From Escherichia coli (GTDB taxonomy: Bacteria; Pseudomonadota; Gammaproteobacteria; Enterobacterales; Enterobacteriaceae): a stretch of DNA of 64,000 nucleotides. The stretch is taken from NCBI RefSeq assembly GCF_041886205.1, contig NZ_CP169029.1. One strand, written 5' to 3'. The notes beneath the pieces are model-generated. The model did no database searches and was not told where the DNA came from. It was given only the letters and a program-made list of their open reading frames with translations. Positions 49,077 through 59,886 of this stretch are shown here, in pieces. The position numbers and the translations under genes were made by a program. How positions within the stretch are numbered: the stretch's first letter is position 1; every line of letters starts with the position of its first letter.

Positions 49077-49394
49077 TCAATTTCTCCGCTGCTCTATTGC
49101 CGTAATCGCCTCCACGCGTTGTTGATGACGACCGCCTTCGTACTGTGCGCCCAGCCACGCATCCACAATCATTTTTGCCAGTTCGAGGCCAACCACTCGT
49201 GAACCAAAAGCCAGTGCAACTTCACTGGCGTAATGCGGATAATCAGTGCGCTCTGACGACCTGGTTTCTTTATCAATCCCCTCACTCATTGACCATGAAT
49301 AAAAGGCTGGCACAGCAACACAGAATCCTGCGGTGCCAGCGACATGACCGCCCATTGCTCCGGTACGTTTTTTAATAAAAAACACCGGTTGCAT
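49077..49394 (-). pseudogene. rpiB: rpiB-like remnant (ribose-5-phosphate isomerase B fragment)
   Basis: 105-aa ORF; C-terminal about 60 aa (SSERTDYPHYAS...FGSRVVGLELAKMIVDAWLGAQYEGGRHQQRVEAITAIEQRRN) match my recollection of RpiB; the catalytic-loop segment is missing and the N-terminal 40 aa are unrelated. Confidence 0.6.
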
Positions 49395-49646
49395 TGATTA
49401 ATTGTGCTCAGTATTTGCCGAAGTACAATATATATAATAAATATATAAAACACCTCATATTATTTACAGAGATAATAAATTCGCGTACTTTTCCCTCTTC
49501 AGCACAAATGCCTAATAAAATGGCGCGTTCAGCTCACACTTCCACTTATTAAAGTCGCAATTTCCCAATTATGATAACGCCAGCTTTAAATGACGTATTT
49601 TGCATGGATTACATATTTACGACATAAATGATAAATGGAGATTTAT

Positions 49647-51632
49647 ATGAATAACTCTCGGTTATTCCGTTTGAGCAGGATTGTTATTGCGTTAACTGCC
49701 GCCAGCGGCATGATGGTAAATACCGCTAACGCGAAAGAGGAAGCGAAAGCCGCCACTCAATATACCCAACAGGTTAATCAGAATTACGCCAAATCATTAC
49801 CGTTTAGCGATCGTCAGGATTTTGACGATGCCCAGCGTGGATTTATCGCCCCGCTGCTGGATGAAGGTATTCTGCGTGATGCGAACGGTAAAGTTTACTA
49901 CCGCGCGGACGATTACAAATTTGATATTAATGCCGCAGCGCCGGAAACCGTAAACCCCAGCCTGTGGCGTCAGTCGCAAATCAACGGTATTTCTGGCCTG
50001 TTCAAAGTCACCGATAAAATGTATCAGGTGCGCGGCCAGGATATCTCTAACATTACGTTCGTTGAGGGCGAGAAAGGCATTATTGTTATTGACCCACTGG
50101 TGACGCCACCTGCCGCAAAAGCCGCACTTGACCTTTACTTCCAGCATCGTCCGCATAAACCGATTGTTGCCGTTATCTACACTCACAGCCACACTGACCA
50201 CTATGGTGGCGTGAAAGGTATTATCTCTGAAGCCGATGTTAAATCCGGCAAAGTTCAGGTGATTGCCCCTGCAGGCTTTATGGACGAAGCCATCAGCGAA
50301 AACGTGCTGGCGGGTAACATCATGAGCCGCCGTGCGCTCTACTCTTACGGTCTGTTACTGCCGCACAACGCGCAAGGCAACGTGGGTAATGGCCTTGGCG
50401 TGACGCTGGCAACGGGCGACCCGAGCATTATTGCACCGACTAAAACTATCGTCAGAACTGGCGAGAAGATGATTATTGACGGCCTGGAGTTTGACTTCCT
50501 GATGACCCCAGGTAGCGAAGCGCCAGCCGAAATGCACTTCTATATTCCGGCCCTGAAAGCCCTGTGTACCGCCGAGAACGCCACGCATACCCTACACAAC
50601 TTCTACACTCTGCGCGGCGCGAAAACCCGCGATACCAGCAAGTGGACCGAGTACCTGAACGAAACGCTGGATATGTGGGGTAACGACGCGGAAGTCCTGT
50701 TTATGCCGCACACCTGGCCGGTCTGGGGCAATAAGCATATCAATGATTATATTGGTAAATATCGCGATACTATCAAGTACATTCACGACCAGACCCTGCA
50801 CCTGGCGAACCAGGGCTACACCATGAATGAAATCAGCGACATGATTAAGCTGCCGCCTGCACTTGCCAATAACTGGGCCAGCCGTGGCTATTACGGTTCT
50901 GTCAGCCACAACGCCCGCGCGGTGTATAACTTCTATCTTGGCTATTACGACGGTAACCCGGCTAACCTGCATCCGTATGGTCAGGTGGAGATGGGTAAAC
51001 GTTACGTGCAGGCGCTGGGCGGTTCTGCCCGTGTCATCAACCTAGCGCAAGAAGCGAACAAGCAAGGTGATTACCGCTGGTCGGCAGAACTGCTGAAACA
51101 GGTGATTGCCGCCAACCCGGGTGACCAGGTCGCGAAGAATCTGCAAGCGAATAACTTTGAACAGCTGGGCTATCAGGCCGAATCCGCCACCTGGCGCGGT
51201 TTCTACCTGACCGGCGCGAAAGAGCTGCGCGAAGGGGTGCATAAGTTCAGCCACGGCACCACCGGTTCCCCGGACACCATTCGCGGGATGTCGGTCGAAA
51301 TGCTGTTCGACTTTATGTCCGTTCGCCTCGATAGCGCGAAAGCCGCGGGTAAAAATATCAGCCTGAACTTCAATATGAGCAATGGCGATAACCTCAACCT
51401 GACGCTGAACGATAGCGTGCTTAACTACCGTAAAACACTGCAATCCCAAGCTGACGCCTCTTTCTACATCAGCCGTGAAGATCTGCACGCCGTGCTAACC
51501 GGGCAAGCCAAAATGGCGGATCTGGTAAAAGCGAAGAAAGCCAAAATTATTGGCAATGGCGCGAAACTGGAAGAAATTATCGCCTGTCTGGATAATTTCG
51601 ATTTGTGGGTGAATATCGTAACCCCAAATTAA
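49647..51632 (+). CDS. yjcS: putative alkyl/aryl sulfatase YjcS (metallo-beta-lactamase plus SCP2-like domains)
   Basis: 661 aa from [13 protein letters not shown]...; signal peptide; HSHTDH metal motif. Confidence 0.9.
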   Translation: MNNSRLFRLSRIVIALTAASGMMVNTANAKEEAKAATQYTQQVNQNYAKSLPFSDRQDFDDAQRGFIAPLLDEGILRDANGKVYYRADDYKFDINAAAPETVNPSLWRQSQINGISGLFKVTDKMYQVRGQDISNITFVEGEKGIIVIDPLVTPPAAKAALDLYFQHRPHKPIVAVIYTHSHTDHYGGVKGIISEADVKSGKVQVIAPAGFMDEAISENVLAGNIMSRRALYSYGLLLPHNAQGNVGNGLGVTLATGDPSIIAPTKTIVRTGEKMIIDGLEFDFLMTPGSEAPAEMHFYIPALKALCTAENATHTLHNFYTLRGAKTRDTSKWTEYLNETLDMWGNDAEVLFMPHTWPVWGNKHINDYIGKYRDTIKYIHDQTLHLANQGYTMNEISDMIKLPPALANNWASRGYYGSVSHNARAVYNFYLGYYDGNPANLHPYGQVEMGKRYVQALGGSARVINLAQEANKQGDYRWSAELLKQVIAANPGDQVAKNLQANNFEQLGYQAESATWRGFYLTGAKELREGVHKFSHGTTGSPDTIRGMSVEMLFDFMSVRLDSAKAAGKNISLNFNMSNGDNLNLTLNDSVLNYRKTLQSQADASFYISREDLHAVLTGQAKMADLVKAKKAKIIGNGAKLEEIIACLDNFDLWVNIVTPN

Positions 51633-51840
51633 TGTCACTCGCTTTTGGGGGCGCTGAAGCCCCCAAAAGCATTTATTTTAAAAATATATACAGCCAATTA
51701 ATAAATAAAATATATAAGTTATGAATGCGGTGGCTGAATAAAGCTATTTTTATTCATCGAGAAAATAGCCATACTGACGCCTTCAATGGATATTGATATT
51801 CACTACAGATATTGTTCGCAGCAGACAGGATGTATTTAAT

Positions 51841-52116
51841 ATGCCAACAGTTCTCTCTCGCATGGCGATGCAACTCAAAAAAACAGCCTGGATAATTCCC
51901 GTCTTCATGGTTTCGGGATGCTCATTATCTCCGGCAATCCCGGTGATCGGTGCTTATTATCCCAGCTGGTTTTTCTGCGCCATTGCCAGCCTTATTTTGA
52001 TGCTCATCACGAGGCGAGTTATTCAGCGGGCAAATATCAATCTGGCATTTGTCGGAATTATTTATACCGCCCTTTTTGCTCTCTACGCCATGCTGTTCTG
52101 GCTGGCATTTTTCTAA
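51841..52116 (+). CDS. ytcA: small lipoprotein YtcA
   Basis: 91 aa from MPTVLSRMAMQLKK...; lipobox MVSGC; immediately upstream of mdtN. Confidence 0.8.
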   Translation: MPTVLSRMAMQLKKTAWIIPVFMVSGCSLSPAIPVIGAYYPSWFFCAIASLILMLITRRVIQRANINLAFVGIIYTALFALYAMLFWLAFF

Positions 52117-52134
52117 TCTATTTGAGACGCGCTC

Positions 52135-53166
52135 ATGGAAAGTACGCCGAAAAAAGCTCCTCGCAGTAAATTCCCTGCTCTGTTAGTGGTTGCGTTGGCG
52201 CTGGTTGCCCTTGTTTTCGTTATCTGGCGCGTAGACAGTGCGCCATCAACTAATGACGCTTACGCGTCAGCAGATACCATTGATGTGGTGCCGGAAGTCA
52301 GCGGTCGCATTGTAGAACTGGCGGTCACCGACAACCAGGCGGTGAAACAGGGCGATTTGCTGTTCCGCATCGACCCGCGCCCGTACGAAGCCAACCTGGC
52401 GAAAGCCGAAGCCTCCCTCGCGGCGCTGGATAAGCAAATTATGCTCACCCAGCGTAGCGTTGACGCCCAACAGTTTGGTGCCGACTCGGTTAATGCCACG
52501 GTAGAAAAAGCCCGTGCCGCCGCTAAACAGGCCACAGATACATTACGCCGCACCGAGCCATTACTGAAAGAAGGTTTTGTCTCAGCGGAAGACGTTGACC
52601 GTGCGAGGACCGCGCAGCGCGCTGCAGAAGCCGATCTTAATGCCGTATTGTTACAGGCGCAGTCAGCCGCCAGCGCCGTCAGCGGCGTCGATGCGCTGGT
52701 GGCGCAACGTGCGGCGGTCGAAGCGGATATTGCCCTGACCAAACTTCATCTGGAAATGGCGACCGTACGCGCGCCGTTTGATGGCCGGATCATTTCCCTC
52801 AAAACCTCCGTCGGGCAATTTGCTTCTGCCATGCGCCCTATTTTTACCCTAATCGACACTCGTCACTGGTACGTGATCGCCAACTTCCGCGAAACCGATC
52901 TGAAAAATATTCGCTCAGGTACACCCGCAACGATTCGCCTGATGAGTGACAGCGGCAAAACCTTCGAGGGTAAAGTGGATTCGATTGGCTACGGCGTGCT
53001 ACCGGATGATGGCGGCCTGGTGCTGGGCGGCCTGCCGAAAGTTTCTCGTTCTATTAACTGGGTCCGCGTTGCCCAGCGTTTTCCGGTCAAAATCATGGTC
53101 AATAAACCTGACCCGGAAATGTTCCGCATCGGCGCTTCGGCAGTCGCTAATCTTGAGCCGCAATAA
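52135..53166 (+). CDS. mdtN: multidrug efflux membrane-fusion protein MdtN
   Basis: 343 aa; HlyD/EmrA-like; single N-terminal TM. Confidence 0.93.
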   Translation: MESTPKKAPRSKFPALLVVALALVALVFVIWRVDSAPSTNDAYASADTIDVVPEVSGRIVELAVTDNQAVKQGDLLFRIDPRPYEANLAKAEASLAALDKQIMLTQRSVDAQQFGADSVNATVEKARAAAKQATDTLRRTEPLLKEGFVSAEDVDRARTAQRAAEADLNAVLLQAQSAASAVSGVDALVAQRAAVEADIALTKLHLEMATVRAPFDGRIISLKTSVGQFASAMRPIFTLIDTRHWYVIANFRETDLKNIRSGTPATIRLMSDSGKTFEGKVDSIGYGVLPDDGGLVLGGLPKVSRSINWVRVAQRFPVKIMVNKPDPEMFRIGASAVANLEPQ

Positions 53167-55217
53167 TGAGCGCGCTCAACTCCCTGCCATTACCGGTGGT
53201 CAGGCTGCTGGCGTTCTTTCATGAAGAGTTAAGCGAGCGGCGACCAGGTCGCGTGCCGCAGACCGTGCAACTCTGGGTAGGCTGCCTGCTGGTGATTCTG
53301 ATCTCGATGACTTTTGAGATCCCTTTTGTGGCGTTATCGCTGGCAGTGCTGTTTTACGGTATTCAGTCGAACGCGTTTTACACCAAATTTGTCGCGATCT
53401 TGTTTGTGGTTGCCACGGTGCTGGAGATCGGCAGCCTGTTTTTGATCTACAAATGGTCATACGGCGAACCGTTGATCCGATTGATCATCGCCGGGCCGAT
53501 CCTGATGGGCTGCATGTTTTTGATGCGCACCCATCGCTTGGGGCTGGTCTTTTTCGCCGTCGCCATTGTCGCTATTTACGGGCAAACCTTCCCCGCCATG
53601 CTCGACTATCCGGAAGTGGTCGTGCGCTTAACGCTGTGGTGTATCGTTGTTGGCCTCTATCCAACCTTGCTGATGACGTTAATCGGCGTGCTGTGGTTTC
53701 CCAGTCGTGCCATTTCGCAAATGCATCAGGCGCTTAATGATCGGCTTGATGATGCCATTAGTCACCTGACAGACAGCCTCGCACCGCTACCCGAAACGCG
53801 GATTGAAAGAGAGGCGCTGGCGCTGCAAAAACTCAATGTCTTTTGCCTCGCGGACGATGCCAACTGGCGAACTCAGAGCGCATGGTGGCAAAGCTGTGTG
53901 GCAACGGTAACCTACATTTACTCGACGCTGAATCGCTACGATCCCACCTCTTTTGCGGATTCTCAGGCAATTATTGAATTCCGACAAAAATTAGCCTCAG
54001 AAATCAACAAGCTGCAGCATGCCGTTGCTGAAGGTCAGTGCTGGCAAAGCGACTGGCGGATCAGTGAAAGTGAAGCGATGGCGGCACGGGAATGTAACCT
54101 GGAGAATATCTGCCAGACGTTGTTACAACTGGGTCAGATGGACCCGAATACGCCGCCAACGCCCGCAGCCAAACCGCCATCAATGGCCGCCGATGCTTTT
54201 ACCAATCCAGACTATATGCGCTACGCGGTAAAAACGCTGCTCGCCTGTTTGATCTGTTACACCTTTTACAGCGGCGTGGACTGGGAAGGCATTCACACCT
54301 GTATGCTGACATGCGTGATCGTCGCTAACCCAAATGTCGGTTCGTCGTACCAGAAGATGGTGCTGCGTTTTGGCGGGGCCTTTTGCGGCGCGATTCTGGC
54401 GCTGTTATTCACGCTACTGGTCATGCCTTGGCTGGACAATATTGTCGAATTGCTGTTTGTGCTGGCACCGATTTTCCTGTTGGGCGCATGGATTGCCACC
54501 AGCTCTGAACGCTCTTCTTATATCGGCACACAGATGGTGGTCACCTTCGCGCTCGCCACGCTCGAAAACGTTTTTGGCCCAGTGTACGACCTGGTGGAAA
54601 TTCGCGATCGCGCCCTGGGTATCATCATTGGTACCGTGGTGTCCGCGGTGATTTACACCTTTGTCTGGCCTGAAAGTGAAGCGCGCACACTGCCGCAAAA
54701 ACTGGCTGGCACGCTGGGTATGTTAAGTAAAGTAATGCGGATCCCACGCCAGCAGGAAGTCACGGCTCTGCGCACTTATCTGCAAATTCGTATCGGTCTG
54801 CATGCGGCGTTTAATGCCTGTGAAGAGATGTGCCAACGCGTGGCGCTGGAGCGTCAACTGGACAGCGAAGAACGCGCCTTACTGATTGAACGTTCGCAAA
54901 CGGTTATTCGTCAGGGCCGCGATATTCTTCACGCCTGGGATGCCACCTGGAACTCGGCGCAGGCGCTGGATAACGCACTACAGCCGGACAGAGCAGGTCA
55001 GTTTGCCGACGCCCTGGAGAAATACGCTGCCGGTCTGGCAACCGCACTCAGCCGTTCTCCTCAAATAACGCTTGAAGAGACACCCGCCTCGCAGGCCATC
55101 CTGCCCACCTTATTAAAACAGGAGCAACACGTCTGCCAGCTTTTCGCCCGCTTGCCAGACTGGACAGCCCCGGCATTAACGCCCGCCACGGAACAGGCAC
55201 AAGGAGCCACGCAATGA
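53166..55217 (+). CDS. mdtO: multidrug efflux inner-membrane component MdtO
   Basis: 683 aa; polytopic; start overlaps mdtN stop. Confidence 0.93.
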   Translation: MSALNSLPLPVVRLLAFFHEELSERRPGRVPQTVQLWVGCLLVILISMTFEIPFVALSLAVLFYGIQSNAFYTKFVAILFVVATVLEIGSLFLIYKWSYGEPLIRLIIAGPILMGCMFLMRTHRLGLVFFAVAIVAIYGQTFPAMLDYPEVVVRLTLWCIVVGLYPTLLMTLIGVLWFPSRAISQMHQALNDRLDDAISHLTDSLAPLPETRIEREALALQKLNVFCLADDANWRTQSAWWQSCVATVTYIYSTLNRYDPTSFADSQAIIEFRQKLASEINKLQHAVAEGQCWQSDWRISESEAMAARECNLENICQTLLQLGQMDPNTPPTPAAKPPSMAADAFTNPDYMRYAVKTLLACLICYTFYSGVDWEGIHTCMLTCVIVANPNVGSSYQKMVLRFGGAFCGAILALLFTLLVMPWLDNIVELLFVLAPIFLLGAWIATSSERSSYIGTQMVVTFALATLENVFGPVYDLVEIRDRALGIIIGTVVSAVIYTFVWPESEARTLPQKLAGTLGMLSKVMRIPRQQEVTALRTYLQIRIGLHAAFNACEEMCQRVALERQLDSEERALLIERSQTVIRQGRDILHAWDATWNSAQALDNALQPDRAGQFADALEKYAAGLATALSRSPQITLEETPASQAILPTLLKQEQHVCQLFARLPDWTAPALTPATEQAQGATQ

Positions 55218-56680
55218 TCAATCGTCAACTTTCACGTCTGCTGTTGTGCAGCATTCTCGGCAGCACGACGCTGATTTCCGGCTGTGCCTTGGTACGTAAG
55301 GATTCTGCACCTCATCAACAGCTCAAACCGGAACAAATCAAACTGGCCGACGATATTCATCTTGCCAGCTCCGGCTGGCCGCAGGCGCAGTGGTGGAAAC
55401 AACTCAATGACCCGCAGCTGGATGCGCTGATCCAACGGACGCTAAGTGGTTCACACACCCTCGCCGAAGCGAAACTGCGGGAAGAAAAAGCGCAGTCCCA
55501 GGCCGATTTGTTAGATGCCGGTTCACAATTACAGGTCGCAGCGTTAGGGATGCTCAACCGCCAACGCGTCTCGGCGAACGGCTTTTTAAGCCCTTATGCG
55601 ATGGATGCGCCAGCACTGGGTATGGACGGGCCGTACTATACGGAAGCCACAGTAGGTTTGTTTGCCGGACTGGATCTTGATTTGTGGGGTGTGCATCGCT
55701 CAGCGGTTGCCGCCGCCATTGGCGCGCATAATGCCGCGCTGGCAGAAACCGCAGCAGTAGAGCTATCGCTGACCACGGGCGTAGCGCAGCTTTATTACAG
55801 TATGCAGGCCAGCTATCAGATGCTCGATCTGTTAGAACAAACTCGCGATGTGATTGATTACGCGGTGAAAGCGCACCAAAGTAAAGTGGCGCACGGTCTG
55901 GAAGCGCAAGTGCCTTTCCACGGCGCGCGGGCACAGATTCTGGCGGTCGATAAACAAATTGCTGCCGTTAAAGGGCAAATCACCGAAACGCGAGAATCTC
56001 TGCGTGCATTGATTGGCGCGGGAGCCAGCGATATGCCGGAGATCAAACCGGTGGCATTACCGCAAGTACAGACCGGCATTCCGGCGACGCTCTCTTATGA
56101 GTTGCTCGCCAGACGCCCGGATCTGCAAGCCATGCGCTGGTATGTTCAGGCGTCATTAGATCAGGTGGATTCCGCGCGGGCGTTGTTCTACCCGAGCTTT
56201 GATATCAAAGCGTTTTTCGGCCTTGATGCCATCCACCTGGATACCTTATTCAAAAAAACCAGTCGCCAGTTCAACTTCATCCCGGGTCTGAAATTGCCGC
56301 TGTTTGACGGTGGACGGTTGAATGCCAATCTCGAAGGCACTCGCGCCGCCAGCAACATGATGATTGAACGTTACAACCAGTCAGTACTGAACGCGGTGCG
56401 CGACGTTGCCGTCAACGGCACGCGTCTGCAAACGCTCAACGACGAGCGAGAGATGCAGGCTGAACGCGTGGAAGCAACGCGCTTCACCCAGCGCGCTGCC
56501 GAGGCCGCCTATCAGCGCGGCTTAACCAGCCGCTTACAGGCCACTGAAGCCCGGTTGCCAGTACTTGCCGAAGAGATGTCATTACTGATGCTGGACAGCC
56601 GCCGGGTGATCCAAAGCATTCAGTTGATGAAATCGCTGGGCGGCGGGTATCAGGCGGCTCCCGTCGTCGAGAAAAAATAA
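55214..56680 (+). CDS. mdtP: multidrug efflux outer-membrane factor MdtP
   Basis: 488 aa; lipoprotein signal (LISGC); TolC-family. Confidence 0.93.
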   Translation: MINRQLSRLLLCSILGSTTLISGCALVRKDSAPHQQLKPEQIKLADDIHLASSGWPQAQWWKQLNDPQLDALIQRTLSGSHTLAEAKLREEKAQSQADLLDAGSQLQVAALGMLNRQRVSANGFLSPYAMDAPALGMDGPYYTEATVGLFAGLDLDLWGVHRSAVAAAIGAHNAALAETAAVELSLTTGVAQLYYSMQASYQMLDLLEQTRDVIDYAVKAHQSKVAHGLEAQVPFHGARAQILAVDKQIAAVKGQITETRESLRALIGAGASDMPEIKPVALPQVQTGIPATLSYELLARRPDLQAMRWYVQASLDQVDSARALFYPSFDIKAFFGLDAIHLDTLFKKTSRQFNFIPGLKLPLFDGGRLNANLEGTRAASNMMIERYNQSVLNAVRDVAVNGTRLQTLNDEREMQAERVEATRFTQRAAEAAYQRGLTSRLQATEARLPVLAEEMSLLMLDSRRVIQSIQLMKSLGGGYQAAPVVEKK

Positions 56681-56809
56681 AATGTCTGCCGCGTGATGGC
56701 TGTCACGCGGTATTTCGTTTCGTCACGTCAAAACTGACGACAGCCTGTTTTTCGTCAGAGTTTTGAATAAATAGTGCCCGTAATATCAGGGAATGACCCC
56801 AAATAAAAT

Positions 56810-56826
56810 GTGGCATAAAAGATGCA
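56810..56826 (+). promoter_or_regulatory. sigma-54 (-24/-12) promoter of fdhF
   Basis: TGGCATAAAAGATGCA: GG-N10-GC spacing; upstream TGTCACG / CGTCACG repeats consistent with an FhlA UAS. Confidence 0.7.
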
Positions 56827-56877
56827 TACTGTAGTCGAGAGCGCGTATGCGTGATTTGATTAACTGGAGCGAGACCG

Positions 56878-59025
56878 ATGAAAAAAGTCGTCACGGTTTG
56901 CCCCTATTGCGCATCAGGTTGCAAAATCAACCTGGTCGTCGATAACGGCAAAATCGTCCGGGCGGAGGCAGCGCAGGGGAAAACCAACCAGGGTACCCTG
57001 TGTCTGAAGGGTTATTATGGCTGGGATTTCATTAACGATACCCAGATCCTGACCCCGCGCCTGAAAACCCCCATGATCCGTCGCCAGCGTGGCGGCAAAC
57101 TCGAACCTGTTTCCTGGGATGAGGCACTGAATTACGTTGCCGAGCGCCTGAGCGCCATCAAAGAGAAGTACGGTCCGGATGCCATCCAGACGACCGGCTC
57201 CTCGCGTGGTACGGGTAACGAAACCAACTATGTAATGCAAAAATTTGCGCGCGCCGTTATTGGTACCAATAACGTTGACTGCTGCGCTCGTGTCTGACAC
57301 GGCCCATCGGTTGCAGGTCTGCACCAATCGGTCGGTAATGGCGCAATGAGCAATGCTATTAACGAAATTGATAATACCGATTTAGTGTTCGTTTTCGGGT
57401 ACAACCCGGCGGATTCCCACCCAATCGTAGCGAATCACGTAATTAACGCTAAACGTAACGGGGCGAAAATTATCGTCTGCGATCCGCGCAAAATTGAAAC
57501 CGCGCGCATTGCTGACATGCACATTGCACTGAAAAACGGCTCGAACATCGCGCTGTTGAATGCGATGGGCCATGTCATTATTGAAGAAAATTTGTACGAC
57601 AAAGCATTCGTCGCTTCCCGTACAGAAGGCTTTGAAGAGTATCGTAAAATCGTTGAAGGCTACACGCCGGAGTCGGTTGAAGATATCACCGGCGTCAGCG
57701 CCAGTGAGATTCGTCAGGCGGCACGGATGTATGCCCAGGCGAAAAGCGCCGCCATCCTGTGGGGCATGGGTGTAACCCAGTTCTACCAGGGCGTGGAAAC
57801 CGTGCGTTCTCTGACCAGCCTCGCGATGCTGACCGGTAACCTCGGTAAGCCACATGCGGGTGTTAACCCGGTTCGTGGTCAGAACAACGTACAGGGTGCC
57901 TGCGATATGGGCGCGCTGCCGGATACGTATCCGGGATACCAGTACGTGAAAGATCCGGCTAACCGCGAGAAATTCGCCAAAGCCTGGGGCGTGGAAAGCC
58001 TGCCAGCGCATACCGGCTATCGCATCAGCGAGCTACCGCACCGCGCAGCGCATGGCGAAGTGCGTGCCGCGTACATTATGGGCGAAGATCCGCTGCAAAC
58101 TGACGCGGAGCTGTCGGCAGTACGTAAAGCCTTTGAAGATCTGGAACTGGTTATCGTTCAGGACATCTTTATGACCAAAACCGCGTCGGCGGCGGATGTT
58201 ATTTTACCGTCAACGTCGTGGGGCGAGCATGAAGGCGTGTTTACTGCGGCTGACCGTGGCTTCCAGCGTTTCTTCAAGGCGGTTGAACCGAAATGGGATC
58301 TGAAAACGGACTGGCAAATCATCAGTGAAATCGCCACCCGTATGGGTTATCCGATGCACTACAACAACACCCAGGAGATCTGGGATGAGTTGCGTCATCT
58401 GTGCCCGGATTTCTACGGTGCGACTTACGAGAAAATGGGCGAACTGGGCTTCATTCAGTGGCCTTGCCGCGATACTTCAGATGCCGATCAGGGGACTTCT
58501 TATCTGTTTAAAGAGAAGTTTGATACCCCGAACGGTCTGGCGCAGTTCTTCACCTGCGACTGGGTAGCGCCAATCGACAAACTCACCGACGAGTACCCGA
58601 TGGTACTGTCAACGGTGCGTGAAGTTGGTCACTACTCTTGCCGTTCGATGACCGGTAACTGTGCGGCACTGGCGGCGCTGGCTGATGAACCTGGCTACGC
58701 ACAAATCAATACCGAAGACGCCAAACGTCTGGGTATTGAAGATGAGGCATTGGTTTGGGTGCACTCGCGTAAAGGCAAAATTATCACCCGTGCGCAGGTC
58801 AGCGATCGTCCGAACAAAGGGGCGATTTACATGACCTACCAGTGGTGGATTGGTGCCTGTAACGAGCTGGTTACCGAAAACTTAAGCCCGATTACGAAAA
58901 CGCCGGAGTACAAATACTGCGCCGTTCGCGTCGAGCCGATCGCCGATCAGCGCGCCGCCGAGCAGTACGTGATTGACGAGTACAACAAGTTGAAAACTCG
59001 CCTGCGCGAAGCGGCACTGGCGTAA
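56878..59025 (+). CDS. fdhF: formate dehydrogenase H (selenoprotein; UGA140 = Sec)
   Basis: 139-aa ORF and 559-aa ORF are in the same frame, separated only by TGA at 57295-57297; N-terminal CPYCASGC Fe-S motif; 715-aa molybdoenzyme. Confidence 0.96.
57295..57340 (+). promoter_or_regulatory. in-frame UGA Sec codon plus SECIS stem-loop of fdhF
   Basis: TGACACGGCCCATCGGTTGCAGGTCTGCACCAATCGGTCGGTAATGGC immediately 3' of UGA. Confidence 0.85.
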
Positions 59026-59118
59026 TACAGTCCTTTCTACAGCCTCCTTTCGGAGGCTGTTTTTTTATCCATTCGAACTCTTTATACTGGTTACTCCCTA
59101 CCCAATCGTATTATCAAA

Positions 59119-59808
59119 ATGAAAAAAATTATCGCATTGATGTTGTTTTTGACATTCTTTGCCCACGCCAACGACTCCGAGCCTGGCAGCCAGTATTTAA
59201 AGGCAGCAGAGGCCGGGGACCGACGCGCACAATATTTTCTTGCCGACAGCTGGTTTAGCTCCGGCGATTTGAGCAAAGCCGAATATTGGGCACAGAAAGC
59301 CGCCGACAGCGGTGATGCTGATGCCTGCGCGCTGTTGGCGCAGATCAAAATCACCAATCCGGTCAGTCTGGACTATCCACAAGCAAAAGTTCTTGCAGAG
59401 AAAGCGGCGCAAGCGGGCAGTAAAGAAGGTGAAGTAACGCTGGCGCATATTCTGGTAAATACTCAAGCGGGTAAACCGGATTATCCAAAGGCGATTTCGC
59501 TGTTAGAAAACGCCTCGGAAGATCTGGAGAACGACTCTGCCGTCGATGCCCAAATGCTGCTTGGTTTGATTTACGCCAACGGCGTGGGCATTAAGGCCGA
59601 CGATGACAAGGCAACCTGGTATTTCAAACGCAGCTCTGCAATTTCCCGAACCGGTTATTCCGAGTACTGGGCGGGAATGATGTTCTTAAACGGTGAAGAA
59701 GGTTTTATCGAGAAGAACAAGCAAAAGGCGCTGCACTGGTTGAACCTGAGCTGTATGGAAGGGTTTGATACCGGGTGTGAAGAGTTTGAAAAATTAACCA
59801 ACGGTTAA
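59119..59808 (+). CDS. yjcO: Sel1-repeat periplasmic protein YjcO
   Basis: 229 aa; signal peptide; repeated Sel1/TPR-like A-x-x-Y/W-x-x-K-A-A units. Confidence 0.88.
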   Translation: MKKIIALMLFLTFFAHANDSEPGSQYLKAAEAGDRRAQYFLADSWFSSGDLSKAEYWAQKAADSGDADACALLAQIKITNPVSLDYPQAKVLAEKAAQAGSKEGEVTLAHILVNTQAGKPDYPKAISLLENASEDLENDSAVDAQMLLGLIYANGVGIKADDDKATWYFKRSSAISRTGYSEYWAGMMFLNGEEGFIEKNKQKALHWLNLSCMEGFDTGCEEFEKLTNG

Positions 59809-59886
59809 GATAGGCCTGATAAGACGCGTTAAGCGTCGCATCAGGCATTCACACATTGCCGGGTGGATATCCCCGGCAATCTTCAA

